A stretch of 24,189 nt of DNA from a virus. Lineage: Duplodnaviria > Caudoviricetes. The translations under genes were made by a program, and so were the position numbers. Where the stretch lies: positions 1 to 24,189 of the IMG/VR virus record IMGVR_UViG_3300049492_000076. One strand, written 5' to 3'. The notes under the pieces are model-generated. The model saw only the letters and a list, made by a program, of their open reading frames with translations. It did no database searches and was not told the DNA's origin. Below are positions 16,002-24,189 of this stretch, one piece after another. Every line of letters starts with the position of its first letter. The stretch's first letter is position 1.

Positions 16002-16853
16002 ATGGGCGAAATTATCGGAACCCCTCTCATCAAGACTGCTGTTGACGGTGGATACAGTTCTTATCCAACATACAACGACTATCAGCCACAACAACAACAA
16101 GGATCCAATTGGGGTAAATCCGCATTAATGCTTGGACTTGCTGGTGGTGGTGCTTACGGCGCCCACAAGTTATACAAGGGCTTCACACAACCTAAAGTCG
16201 GATTCATCGGTAAGATGTTGGGTCACGCAAAAAACCCTCTGATTGCTGGAGCGATCGGACTTGCTGGATGGGGTGCTGCGAAATATGGCAAAGGCTTGGC
16301 TCGCGGTCTATCTACCATGAAAGAATTCAGACCTTTAGCCAAGTCTTTCATGGGTAATGAAGGGTATAGAAAATTTACAGAGGGTGCCACAGAGGTTAGT
16401 CCATTTGTTAAAGAGCAAGCAAGAAGACATTTCGGTCATAGGGGATCTGAGGGCTACGACGAGGTAATGAACGCTTGGAACAAAAGAAGAGAGTTTAGAT
16501 CTGGAAAGTCATTAGGTACGGTTCCTTTAAGCCAGAAGCAAAGAAACTTCCAACCTGGGGCAATGAAGCCAGCCCCGCGAAATTTAGATACCACTCCAGC
16601 TAGCGCTTGGGGTGCTGATGGAAAGAAAAGGGCTGATTGGAATCCTGATGATGTTGCCGGAACTCCAAACACAACGCCTAGTGCGTCTTTTGCGGCAACA
16701 GATAATTCTGCCGAAGTTGCTCGACAAGCCCGAGGTTTCGCCGATCCAAATGCCGCTAGTGAGACTATAGCAGCAACTCCAAAGACCGTTGGCGCCAAAC
16801 CAAAGAAGCAGCCAATCAATAAAACAAACCAAGGTAGTTGGGGTGGGGAATAA
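16002..16853 (+). CDS. Gly-rich protein with two hydrophobic segments and a disordered tail
   Basis: N-terminal LIKTAV; ALMLGLAGGGAYGA and LIAGAIGLAGWGAA. Confidence 0.7.
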   Translation: MGEIIGTPLIKTAVDGGYSSYPTYNDYQPQQQQGSNWGKSALMLGLAGGGAYGAHKLYKGFTQPKVGFIGKMLGHAKNPLIAGAIGLAGWGAAKYGKGLARGLSTMKEFRPLAKSFMGNEGYRKFTEGATEVSPFVKEQARRHFGHRGSEGYDEVMNAWNKRREFRSGKSLGTVPLSQKQRNFQPGAMKPAPRNLDTTPASAWGADGKKRADWNPDDVAGTPNTTPSASFAATDNSAEVARQARGFADPNAASETIAATPKTVGAKPKKQPINKTNQGSWGGE

Positions 16854-16855
16854 AC

Positions 16856-17371
16856 ATGTTAAACATTCAAGGCAAAAGAGTCATCAGCATGGCGTCCATC
16901 CAGTCTCTTGTGAAAAGAGCCGCAGATGAATCCGCAGCTCCAGCACCATCAAACACTAAGAGTGAGATGCTTGCCGAGCTCATTGTTGATATGCAAAAAG
17001 AGTATGGTGCTGCCATACAGTACATAAATCACGCCGCCATGATTGATGGCGCTGAGTTCGACTTCATCAGTCGCCACATACTTGAACATGCTCAAGAAGA
17101 GTTCGATCATGCTAAAGCTTTGGCTGACCGCATCCAGTTCTTGGGTGGAAATCCCGCCATAACCATTGAGACCGTTAAGGTGTCTGGTTCGGCGATAGAG
17201 ATGCTTAAGCAGGACCTAGAAGGCGAGAATGATGCTATCGCTCGTTATCGCAAGCGTATTGTTCAGGCTGAGTCTATTGGTGATTTTGGAACGAGCGAGT
17301 TGATTCGCGGAATATTGGCTGACGAAGAGAGTCATAAGAATGAACTTCAGACAACATTAAGAATGAGGTAA
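16856..17371 (+). CDS. ferritin-like di-iron protein (bacterioferritin-like)
   Basis: EYGAAIQY, EEFDHA, ADRIQFLGG.P, DLEGENDAI..Y, GD..T.ELI..ILADEESH give a complete E/ExxH/E/ExxH ferroxidase set. Start uncertain (16856 or 16889). Confidence 0.9.
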   Translation: MLNIQGKRVISMASIQSLVKRAADESAAPAPSNTKSEMLAELIVDMQKEYGAAIQYINHAAMIDGAEFDFISRHILEHAQEEFDHAKALADRIQFLGGNPAITIETVKVSGSAIEMLKQDLEGENDAIARYRKRIVQAESIGDFGTSELIRGILADEESHKNELQTTLRMR

Positions 17372-17373
17372 TT

Positions 17374-17970
17374 GTGGTAAGTCCGTTATTAGGCATCAAA
17401 GGTCAAGTCGCCGGATTGATTAGAGGCGCTGCCGAATCCTCTTCCAACCAAGGGGCTTTAGACGCCATGGTTGAAACCGTGGCATCGCCAGAGGTTCAAA
17501 GTAGGATACATAATGCCTTGAACCCGGACGACACTACCGAGATAAGAAAAAAAACACTTGAGGCTGTAGATGAGATTTTGAGTGGCCCAAAACCACCTAA
17601 CTTCTTTTCGAAAAACAAGGGTTTCATACTGGCCGGAGTTCCTGTTGCCAGTGGTCTTGCTGGGATTTACGCATCCATGAAGTCGTCCGCAGCAGCCAAT
17701 ACCGCCGATCAGGCCATGAAAGCTGTGACGAGAGCCTCCATACCAGCATTTGCTGGGATCACCCTGGCAAGCCTTCTTGGAGCCGGATACCTCGGCAAAC
17801 AAATATTCATGGACAAGCAGGCTGACGGAGAATGGGATGAGGCTACTAAAGGAAGTGGTGGAAGCGGTGGTTTAGACCATCTCCGCTATAACATGCATGA
17901 GATCAGAACCATAAAAAAGACTGGCAGTATGAATAAGATTGCCGGCATTCCATGGGCGTTATTAAAATGA
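17374..17970 (+). CDS. putative membrane or virion protein (2 hydrophobic helices)
   Basis: GFILAGVPVASGLAGIYA and IPAFAGITLASLLGAGYLG; DKQAD and NKIAG motifs. Confidence 0.65.
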   Translation: MVSPLLGIKGQVAGLIRGAAESSSNQGALDAMVETVASPEVQSRIHNALNPDDTTEIRKKTLEAVDEILSGPKPPNFFSKNKGFILAGVPVASGLAGIYASMKSSAAANTADQAMKAVTRASIPAFAGITLASLLGAGYLGKQIFMDKQADGEWDEATKGSGGSGGLDHLRYNMHEIRTIKKTGSMNKIAGIPWALLK

Positions 17971-19766
17971 TTAAGTATTTCGACGTAGACTCCTTTGATG
18001 AATCAGGCATTAATATTATACCTGTTGTAAAAAGAGGCTTGACTAAAACAGCTAGCTCTTACTCTCCCGAGTTGATGGAAGTCATCATGGGGATGAAGAG
18101 AGACCCGGCCTATTACTACGTCGTAATCAATGCTTTAGGGGCTTTTGAACGCTGGGGTGCGAATAAGAATGGTGATGGATTTCCTGAATCCGGATTGAAG
18201 CATTTCTCCACTGCCCAGGACATGGGAAGCGAGAATGACTTCGGTTACAAAACATTCGAGCTTTACGCCAAGCTGTTCAAGCATCATGTTAACAAATCTG
18301 ATTCCCCAAGTTACGGAAAAGTATTCCACTCACATTGGAATGATGCCATCAAGCGCGTTGAGTTAATAGTCGGAATAGACAGAACATCTGGCGCTGATAT
18401 TATTGATGCTCTTGAGAGAGACGAGGTTGTTAGCGTCAGCATGGGAGCGAGAGTCAAGCATGATCTGTGTAACATATGTGGTAACATGGCTTCTACCAGA
18501 GCTCAATATTGTACACATCTAAAGAACTATTTGCGACACATTGTTTCGGCAGAAACCGCAAGAAAATGGTCATTGGAAACAGGAAGGCTTATACAGCCTG
18601 GAACCATGGTACATGCCATTAATGACAAGCCTAAATTCTTCGACATCTCCAGAGTGCATGTTGGTGCAGACAGGACAGCTTTTGTATTAGGCAAGGCCGC
18701 CTCTACAGCACATGGTCCAAGCGGATTGGATCTGGCCGAAGCCTATGGGATGACAGATACTATTTCTGATGAGCTTGAGAAGAAAGCGCGCTTGTCAAAA
18801 ATCTCTCAAATCAGAAAGGTTTCGGAGATAGACAAAGAGGTTGGTGGTCCTGGTGAAATAGATGGTGCTGTGATTAAGGATGATACCTTACACAAAGTCT
18901 TGTCTGGAAAAATGCTGAATCTCATAGAGTCTGAACCAAGGCTCCCAACAGAAACGCTTAATTCTTTAGCTATGAGTGGGAGCTTAAAAGAGGTCCTTTC
19001 CAATATGCTTGGAATTGGCATTCATCCCAAGCCCGTTGAGTTCCAGCGCATTGTTCTTGTTAACATAGGCGAGCGCGACTTAGCCGACCAGCTTGAGTCC
19101 CAGAGAATGGTGTTCGACAACAACGCTCCATGCGGATGTACTCAGCTCGACATGCCAGAACCAAACAATGATTTCATTCTAAGAATGCTATCGAAGTATA
19201 TCTCAAGTAGATCGTCGGCCATACCAGCATTGATGAGTAGAATGAATGCACCAGTGGAGAAAACAGCATCTGTCATGGATGCAATGAAACTGCTTAAGGG
19301 TGAGATCGCTCAATACATGGCTGGTTTGTATGCGGGAATGAAGATGAAAGCTGCTGGAACATCAGCTCAAGTTACAGCATCCCTATTCGAAAGAAAGCCT
19401 TGGCTATTGCCTGTCATTGGTGGCGGCGTGTACGCAACACTAATGAGAACTATTGCCGATTCGGATAAAACAGACAAGACCTTGATCCCAGCTTATGCTT
19501 ACACCGGTTCGTTAAAACCTGGTTTCCAAAAGCAAGCCTCAATGGGCAATGCTGTTGGTCTAGGTTTAGCAGCAGGAGCATTAGCATTGCCAGCGGCCTA
19601 TGTTATGAACACATACAACCAGAAATCGTTGTATGAAAAGGGTGTACCCTTGTTCGCAGGCGCAGGCACGGATCCAAAAACTTCCGCTATTCTCGCAGGC
19701 GGAGGGACGCTTACAGGGACTCTCCTTTATGACCGATTAAAGGGAAAGTTAGGTAAGATTGTTTAA
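17967..19766 (+). CDS. probable prohead (capsid maturation) serine protease with C-terminal extension
   Basis: NKNGDGF, FKHHVNK (candidate His), VSVSMGARV (candidate Ser), followed by CNICG...CTH; FFDISRV..GAD; located upstream of scaffold-like and capsid genes. ATGA overlap at 17967. Confidence 0.65.
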   Translation: MIKYFDVDSFDESGINIIPVVKRGLTKTASSYSPELMEVIMGMKRDPAYYYVVINALGAFERWGANKNGDGFPESGLKHFSTAQDMGSENDFGYKTFELYAKLFKHHVNKSDSPSYGKVFHSHWNDAIKRVELIVGIDRTSGADIIDALERDEVVSVSMGARVKHDLCNICGNMASTRAQYCTHLKNYLRHIVSAETARKWSLETGRLIQPGTMVHAINDKPKFFDISRVHVGADRTAFVLGKAASTAHGPSGLDLAEAYGMTDTISDELEKKARLSKISQIRKVSEIDKEVGGPGEIDGAVIKDDTLHKVLSGKMLNLIESEPRLPTETLNSLAMSGSLKEVLSNMLGIGIHPKPVEFQRIVLVNIGERDLADQLESQRMVFDNNAPCGCTQLDMPEPNNDFILRMLSKYISSRSSAIPALMSRMNAPVEKTASVMDAMKLLKGEIAQYMAGLYAGMKMKAAGTSAQVTASLFERKPWLLPVIGGGVYATLMRTIADSDKTDKTLIPAYAYTGSLKPGFQKQASMGNAVGLGLAAGALALPAAYVMNTYNQKSLYEKGVPLFAGAGTDPKTSAILAGGGTLTGTLLYDRLKGKLGKIV

Positions 19767-19771
19767 TTGAA

Positions 19772-19809
19772 TTGCGAACAAATGCCATACATGCCTATAT
19801 TTAGGGCTG
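19772..19809 (+). promoter_or_regulatory. promoter TTGCGA-N18-TATATT
   Basis: -35 at 19772-19777, -10 at 19796-19801; TATATTTAGRGCTG recurs at 23579-23592. Confidence 0.55.
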
Positions 19810-19842
19810 TAGAGGTTTAACACTCACTGGAGGAACAGGAAA

Positions 19843-20739
19843 ATGAAAAGATCGATGGAAGACTTTATGGGAATCGTTGAAGGCGGACAAAACAAAACCG
19901 CTAGCGCACGAAAAGTTGGCTCTTCTCTTTTAGAGAAGTTAGCTAACGAATTAGCAATGGAAGGTGGCGAAGCTGCTGCTACGACAACCGCTTCGGTTCA
20001 AGCTGTAGCCGCTGGTAAAACTGGCGTTGAAGCTGCTCCTGGCGTTGTTGCTGCAACCGATGCAGTTACAGCTGCTCAATTGGCTGCCGTTGGAATGGAC
20101 CCAGCACAACAGATCGCTGGCGAAGTACCTGCTCAAGCAGTTGCCGCTCCTGTCGTTGTTAGCGCAATGGACGGAACCGCTGTAGGTGCTGCTGATGGAA
20201 AAACTCAAGAAGCTTCTGCGGCTGCCGCTGCTGGTTTCTCGACAACTCCTTCAGAAATCAAAACAGCTTCTGATGCAGATGCTTTAGGCCGCCAAATGGC
20301 CCGCAGCTTCCACTCAGAATTGAGCAAAATTGCTCAAGACAACGAATATCAAGACGGCTTGATGTTCTTGAAACAAGCTGGAATGTTAGACGGCTACAAA
20401 TTAGCCGACGCGGACCGCTTAGAAAAAATCGCAAGCGCCGAAGGCAGCTTCGAAACTTTGGAAAAGATTGCATCCATGTCTGGCGCAATCACCAAAGCCG
20501 ACATCATCACTGGTGCTCAAGAACTTGTAGCTTTCCAGAAGCTTGCTGCTGATGCAGAAGCCGCTGGTCGCGCACACGCTCACGAGTTGATGGCCAAGGT
20601 TGCAGAAGAAGAAGCTGCTATATCTGAAGCCGCCGCTGAAGGTGCTGCAGAAGAAGGCGAAGAGCAATTGTCTGAAGATGACATGGCTGCTCTAGCCGCT
20701 CAGCTCAAAGCTGCCGGATACAAGATCGTTAAGGAATAA
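19843..20739 (+). CDS. probable capsid scaffold protein
   Basis: SD GGAGG; Ala/Glu-rich acidic helical sequence; lies between protease and capsid genes; at least 9 K-x-A motifs. Confidence 0.6.
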   Translation: MKRSMEDFMGIVEGGQNKTASARKVGSSLLEKLANELAMEGGEAAATTTASVQAVAAGKTGVEAAPGVVAATDAVTAAQLAAVGMDPAQQIAGEVPAQAVAAPVVVSAMDGTAVGAADGKTQEASAAAAAGFSTTPSEIKTASDADALGRQMARSFHSELSKIAQDNEYQDGLMFLKQAGMLDGYKLADADRLEKIASAEGSFETLEKIASMSGAITKADIITGAQELVAFQKLAADAEAAGRAHAHELMAKVAEEEAAISEAAAEGAAEEGEEQLSEDDMAALAAQLKAAGYKIVKE

Positions 20740-20779
20740 GGCTGAGCATTTCGATGTTCTCCCTTATCGGAACAAACCT

Positions 20780-20798
20780 TGGGGTCACAAACCCCAAA
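20780..20798 (+). terminator. intergenic hairpin
   Basis: TTGGGGT-CACAA-ACCCCAA; no strong U-tract. Confidence 0.35.
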
Positions 20799-20831
20799 CT
20801 TACCCTTGGTTAACTCCTCGGGTAGAAAGTA

Positions 20832-21347
20832 TTGGAATCTCCAGTGAGTTCAAAGATCCAAAGGTTGATTAGGGAGGCCATCGAGGCTGGAAATGGTGCG
20901 ACTAAAATCGCATCTACCCATACATCATTATCTGAGATCGAGAAGGCAGCTGTGGGACTCAAGAAGATCGCCGGTCTTCCTCACGATCCTTTAACTTACC
21001 ATGCCTTTCAAGGGGTAATGAAAATCGCTTCCGAGAAGCTTGAAGAAGCAATAAGCTACATCAAGTCCAAAGAATGCGTTATAGATGGACTCCAAAAAGA
21101 GGCTGGGATTCAGGGTCTGGTGTTGGATATGGTTGACGTAGGCTTAATCGGTGAGCATGATGTCACGACCAAAACGGCAGAGCTTCTGGGAAAATCCCAG
21201 CAAGAGCTCGAAGTGATCCGTGAGGCCTCCAAAATGAGGAGTGCAGGCGGAAATGTGTATTTCAGTTCGGAGAAGACAGCTTCCGAACATATCTCCAGCG
21301 AACCTCAACGTGGGAAGCGCGAGATATTTTCATCTGTTTTTAATTAA
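20832..21347 (+). CDS. hypothetical head-assembly protein
   Basis: Dense K-x-A motifs (TKIAS, EKAAV, KKIAG, MKIAS, QKEAG, EKTAS); start uncertain. Confidence 0.65.
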   Translation: MESPVSSKIQRLIREAIEAGNGATKIASTHTSLSEIEKAAVGLKKIAGLPHDPLTYHAFQGVMKIASEKLEEAISYIKSKECVIDGLQKEAGIQGLVLDMVDVGLIGEHDVTTKTAELLGKSQQELEVIREASKMRSAGGNVYFSSEKTASEHISSEPQRGKREIFSSVFN

Positions 21348-21372
21348 CAAGTAAAGTCGAAAGGACTGAACA

Positions 21373-21831
21373 ATGATAAATGTATTAACAATCCTAAGCA
21401 AGCTCGACCGCGTATCACGCGTTGTTGATCCAGCATCCTTCAGCTACAACCCAGGCCAATGGGCTGATTTGGATTCTGAAGGCGGATTAGTAGTCCCTGC
21501 CAACGGAGTTCCTGCAGTATTGCCTCAGTTGATCTTGGGCAACCCAGGTGACAACGTGTATGAAGGACATGACCTGAAGGTCGGTCGCATAACCACCATC
21601 GAGGGCGCTGGCGTTCGCGTTTCTGTTGATGGCGCTGGTTTCGCTGGAACCGTAAATCAAGGCGACTTGCTTTATGTTTCTGCTGATTCTGCAAACAAAG
21701 GCAAATTAGTAGCCCTTGCTACGATCACGGCCCCAGGTTGGTATGTCGCCGTTGCCAAAGCCCAGCAGATCACTGCCGGTGTTTTGACATACGTAACCTT
21801 ATCACCTGTTATCTTGACCCAAAAATCCTAG
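21373..21831 (+). CDS. probable capsid decoration/cement protein
   Basis: SD AAGGA; small beta-rich Gly/Val protein (GDLLYVS...GKLV) just upstream of the capsid gene. Function inferred from position and composition. Confidence 0.55.
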   Translation: MINVLTILSKLDRVSRVVDPASFSYNPGQWADLDSEGGLVVPANGVPAVLPQLILGNPGDNVYEGHDLKVGRITTIEGAGVRVSVDGAGFAGTVNQGDLLYVSADSANKGKLVALATITAPGWYVAVAKAQQITAGVLTYVTLSPVILTQKS

Positions 21832-21851
21832 TCTGTAACAAGACTTGAGTG

Positions 21852-21888
21852 AAAAGAGCTTCGAAGAAATTCGAGGCTCTTTTTTTTT
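21852..21888 (+). terminator. rho-independent terminator
   Basis: AAAAGAGCTTCGAA-GAAA-TTCGAGGCTC-T9. Confidence 0.85.
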
Positions 21889-21941
21889 GATCATGCAAAA
21901 AACAGAGTGCAAGCTCTCCCTGTTTTTTGTTCATTATAGAC

Positions 21942-22343
21942 ATGAATACTACCGCGTTTTTCGACGAGATGACTAAGATAGCAATGTCATTCAACAAACC
22001 GTTAATGCAAAGCTTCTTCTCAATGGAAAGATTCGCAAAAGCTCATGCTCCTGTTGGAACTAAGTCTAGGCTTGGCGTCTTACGAAGCAATGTTAAAAGA
22101 GCCATCAAGAGTAATGACAGTAAGCTATTGAACTCGTATCACAACGAGCTTTCCGGTATCACCAAAAACATATCGAAGTCCAAGGGCATACAGGCTCCAG
22201 CTTCTTTCAATTCCGGATCGACAAGCATCTCTCCAATTAGAGTATCGAACCCAATACCATCATTGCAGTCCACAACATCGTTCGCCAAAGGCATGCCTAG
22301 GTCATCTCGCTCTCCTTCTATGACATTGGGCTCTTGGCGATAG
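21942..22343 (+). CDS. basic Ser/Lys-rich protein with shared N-terminal motif
   Basis: ATG 21942 gives MNTTAFFDEMTKIA; strongly basic remainder. Confidence 0.65.
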   Translation: MNTTAFFDEMTKIAMSFNKPLMQSFFSMERFAKAHAPVGTKSRLGVLRSNVKRAIKSNDSKLLNSYHNELSGITKNISKSKGIQAPASFNSGSTSISPIRVSNPIPSLQSTTSFAKGMPRSSRSPSMTLGSWR

Positions 22344-22462
22344 CTAAAAAATCATTTGCGTTCGTACCGTATTTTGTAGTAGTTTTATAGTCAAGCATAA
22401 GGCGCTATCATTGTGGTGGTTGCTGTAATGCGCTAACTAAAATTATCAAGGACAGTAAAACT

Positions 22463-23488
22463 ATGATGAAAGATATTTCATCCGCTCAGTTTAACGAACG
22501 GTTCTTGGAGAAAGTTTCCTCTGTATCCGGTCAAGCCGAATTGCAGGAAGCTGGTCGCCAATACATCAAAACCGAATTGATGGAATCTGCTTTTAGCCGA
22601 GCCATCATCCCTCAAGAACCCATCACAACCGCTGATTGCCAACGCAACGTGGCTGATGATTCTTTGTACTTAATTCGCGACGTTGAACCAGATGCAGAAG
22701 CAGTTGGCGTTGATAACCTTGGCGAACCTGATGGCGTAATCGTGGCTGGTACACGTTACATCATCCCCATCGTTAACTTCAAAACCAAGCGCTTCCAAAT
22801 CACGGTTGAATCACTTCGTGCTTATCAGTACAAAGTGACCAAGCGTATTGAAGACAAATCGGTTCCAGTTATCGAGGCTTTAGAAGACAAGTTCTTCTTG
22901 AAGCTCTTGGGCGCTTCTCTTGGAGCAGGTGGAGCAACTGGTTGCAAAGTTGTTGCTGGCACAAGCACAGACAACTTAACCATCGCTGCAAAAGACTTCC
23001 CAAAACTGAAGAACACATTGGCTTCTGGGGTTAATAGCTCCGATCCAAAACGTAAAGAAGTTGGCGTTATCCTCATGTCTCAAGACGTGTACGAAACTGC
23101 CGTCTTGTTACCTGGCGCTGGCGATGATTTCGGTAAAGATCGCGTGTACTTCGGTATCGCATCTGACACCTTGTACGGAAGCAAAATCCTCCGTACCATC
23201 AAAACTCGCTTCTTGCCTGCTGGTCACATGTTTGCCTTCACGACCCCAGACTTCTTAGGCCACAACTTCTCTTTAGGTGACCCCACCTTTGAGATCCGTA
23301 GCCAATTTGGTTTGATCGAATGGCAGACCAGTGAATCCATTGGTCTCGGAATCGGAAACCGCTTATCTATCGCCCTCATGGCGTTGAAGGGTTCGGTAAT
23401 TCCCGGAACCGCAACTAGCCTTGAAGTAACGACAGATGGCACATATCCTGCCGCGATTGCAAACTACTACAAGAGCCTAAAACTCTAG
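22463..23488 (+). CDS. probable major capsid protein (HK97 fold)
   Basis: 341 aa; SD AAGGA; follows protease, scaffold and decoration genes; own promoter-like site (TTGCGT at about 22356) and strong terminator; C-ending codons suggest high expression. Fold inferred. Confidence 0.75.
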   Translation: MMKDISSAQFNERFLEKVSSVSGQAELQEAGRQYIKTELMESAFSRAIIPQEPITTADCQRNVADDSLYLIRDVEPDAEAVGVDNLGEPDGVIVAGTRYIIPIVNFKTKRFQITVESLRAYQYKVTKRIEDKSVPVIEALEDKFFLKLLGASLGAGGATGCKVVAGTSTDNLTIAAKDFPKLKNTLASGVNSSDPKRKEVGVILMSQDVYETAVLLPGAGDDFGKDRVYFGIASDTLYGSKILRTIKTRFLPAGHMFAFTTPDFLGHNFSLGDPTFEIRSQFGLIEWQTSESIGLGIGNRLSIALMALKGSVIPGTATSLEVTTDGTYPAAIANYYKSLKL

Positions 23489-23517
23489 TAGTCATTGCCT
23501 GATCGTTAGGTTATGAT

Positions 23518-23547
23518 AAAACCCGGGGGAGAAATCCCTCGGGTTTT
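23518..23547 (+). terminator. rho-independent terminator
   Basis: AAAACCCGGGGGA-GAAA-TCCCTCGGGTTTT followed by a T-rich tail. Confidence 0.9.
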
Positions 23548-23608
23548 GTTTTTGTATGAATATGATTGTGTTATCGTTTATATTTAGAGCTGACGGAAGG
23601 TGGCTTAA

Positions 23609-23995
23609 ATGTTTTTAAAGAATAATAACAAAACCGAATCAGTAGTACTGAAGAATCGAAAAAAGACTCTCGTTGCTCCTGGGGAAGTAATCTACTTGAG
23701 CACAAACGATTACGATCTGTCTATCCCAAATCTCGGTGGGTTTGAAGAGATCGATCACATAACAGCAAACGAAATCATAACCAATACCAGAGCCGAGGTG
23801 GCTCCAGTGGCTGAGGTTGTTGCAAAAACACCAGAACTTATCGCAGAGTCTGTTGTGGAAATCATCGATGTCTCATCCGAACTGAATACGGAGCCCGTAG
23901 TCGAGACTGTTGTTGAAACAGTTTTAGAGACAGTGGTAGAACCTGTTGTTGAAGTTGCCGCAAAGCCAGCCAAGAGCGGCAAGAAGGGTAAATAA
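23609..23995 (+). CDS. hypothetical protein with VVE(T/P) repeats and Lys-rich tail
   Basis: SD GGAAGG; PVVETVVETVLETVVEPVVEV...KPAKSGKKGK. Confidence 0.7.
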   Translation: MFLKNNNKTESVVLKNRKKTLVAPGEVIYLSTNDYDLSIPNLGGFEEIDHITANEIITNTRAEVAPVAEVVAKTPELIAESVVEIIDVSSELNTEPVVETVVETVLETVVEPVVEVAAKPAKSGKKGK

Positions 23996-23997
23996 CA

Positions 23998-24189
23998 ATG
24001 TCAATCATCCGCATTAGCAATCCAGGCGCAACAATACAGGCCAACTTCTGCGGACGTACCGTGCTAATCCCTTCCGGATTTAGTCTTCAGAGAGACACGG
24101 AAGACATGCAATCTTTAGTTAAGTCTCACCCGAGACTAAGCTCATCTCCTTACCTACCAGAAAACAATCCTGAGGCCGCTGTCGTTGCC
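23998..24189 (+). CDS. partial ORF (MSIIRISNPGATIQANFCG...) running off the window
   Basis: ATG 2 nt after the previous stop; no stop before the window end. Confidence 0.6.
   Translation, partial: MSIIRISNPGATIQANFCGRTVLIPSGFSLQRDTEDMQSLVKSHPRLSSSPYLPENNPEAAVVA

Noticed and set aside
16856-23488. Cellular encapsulin-ferritin operon
   Set aside because: Terminase, protease-like, scaffold-like and decoration-like genes indicate a true phage head module.
23890-23960. VVET-type tandem repeat as a DNA repeat element
   Set aside because: It is degenerate at the nucleotide level and is explained by a low-complexity protein linker.
1-24189. Stop-codon reassignment as in some large phages
   Set aside because: Code 11 gives dense, tightly coupled, full-length genes, and TAA, TAG and TGA all end genes.

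Overview
This window looks like part of a large tailed (Caudoviricetes-type) phage genome or prophage, read in genetic code 11. The + strand carries a head-morphogenesis region: a GpA-like large terminase, a probable prohead protease, a scaffold-like protein, a decoration-like protein and a probable HK97-fold major capsid protein. Between these lie many small Gly/Ala-rich proteins and a ferritin-like protein. A solo tnpB element sits at the left end. The most unusual part is a minus-strand cassette at about 4.2-8.5 kb. It holds a retron-type reverse transcriptase with a 4-Cys insertion and an RNase HI in an overlapping -1 frame. Just downstream is a 143-nt element closed by a 13-bp inverted repeat whose 5' arm covers the RBS and start codon of an unannotated 32-aa ORF. 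A second strong signal is a shared peptide, (S/A/G)F-x-(D/E/S)-E-(L/M)-x-K-x-A with a bare K-x-A core, found in about 20 otherwise unrelated proteins; it is probably a capsid-targeting or maturation-protease signal. A candidate promoter-driven structured small RNA and a palindrome array lie at 11.8-12.0 kb. All calls come from reading motifs by eye; no database searches or folding programs were run.
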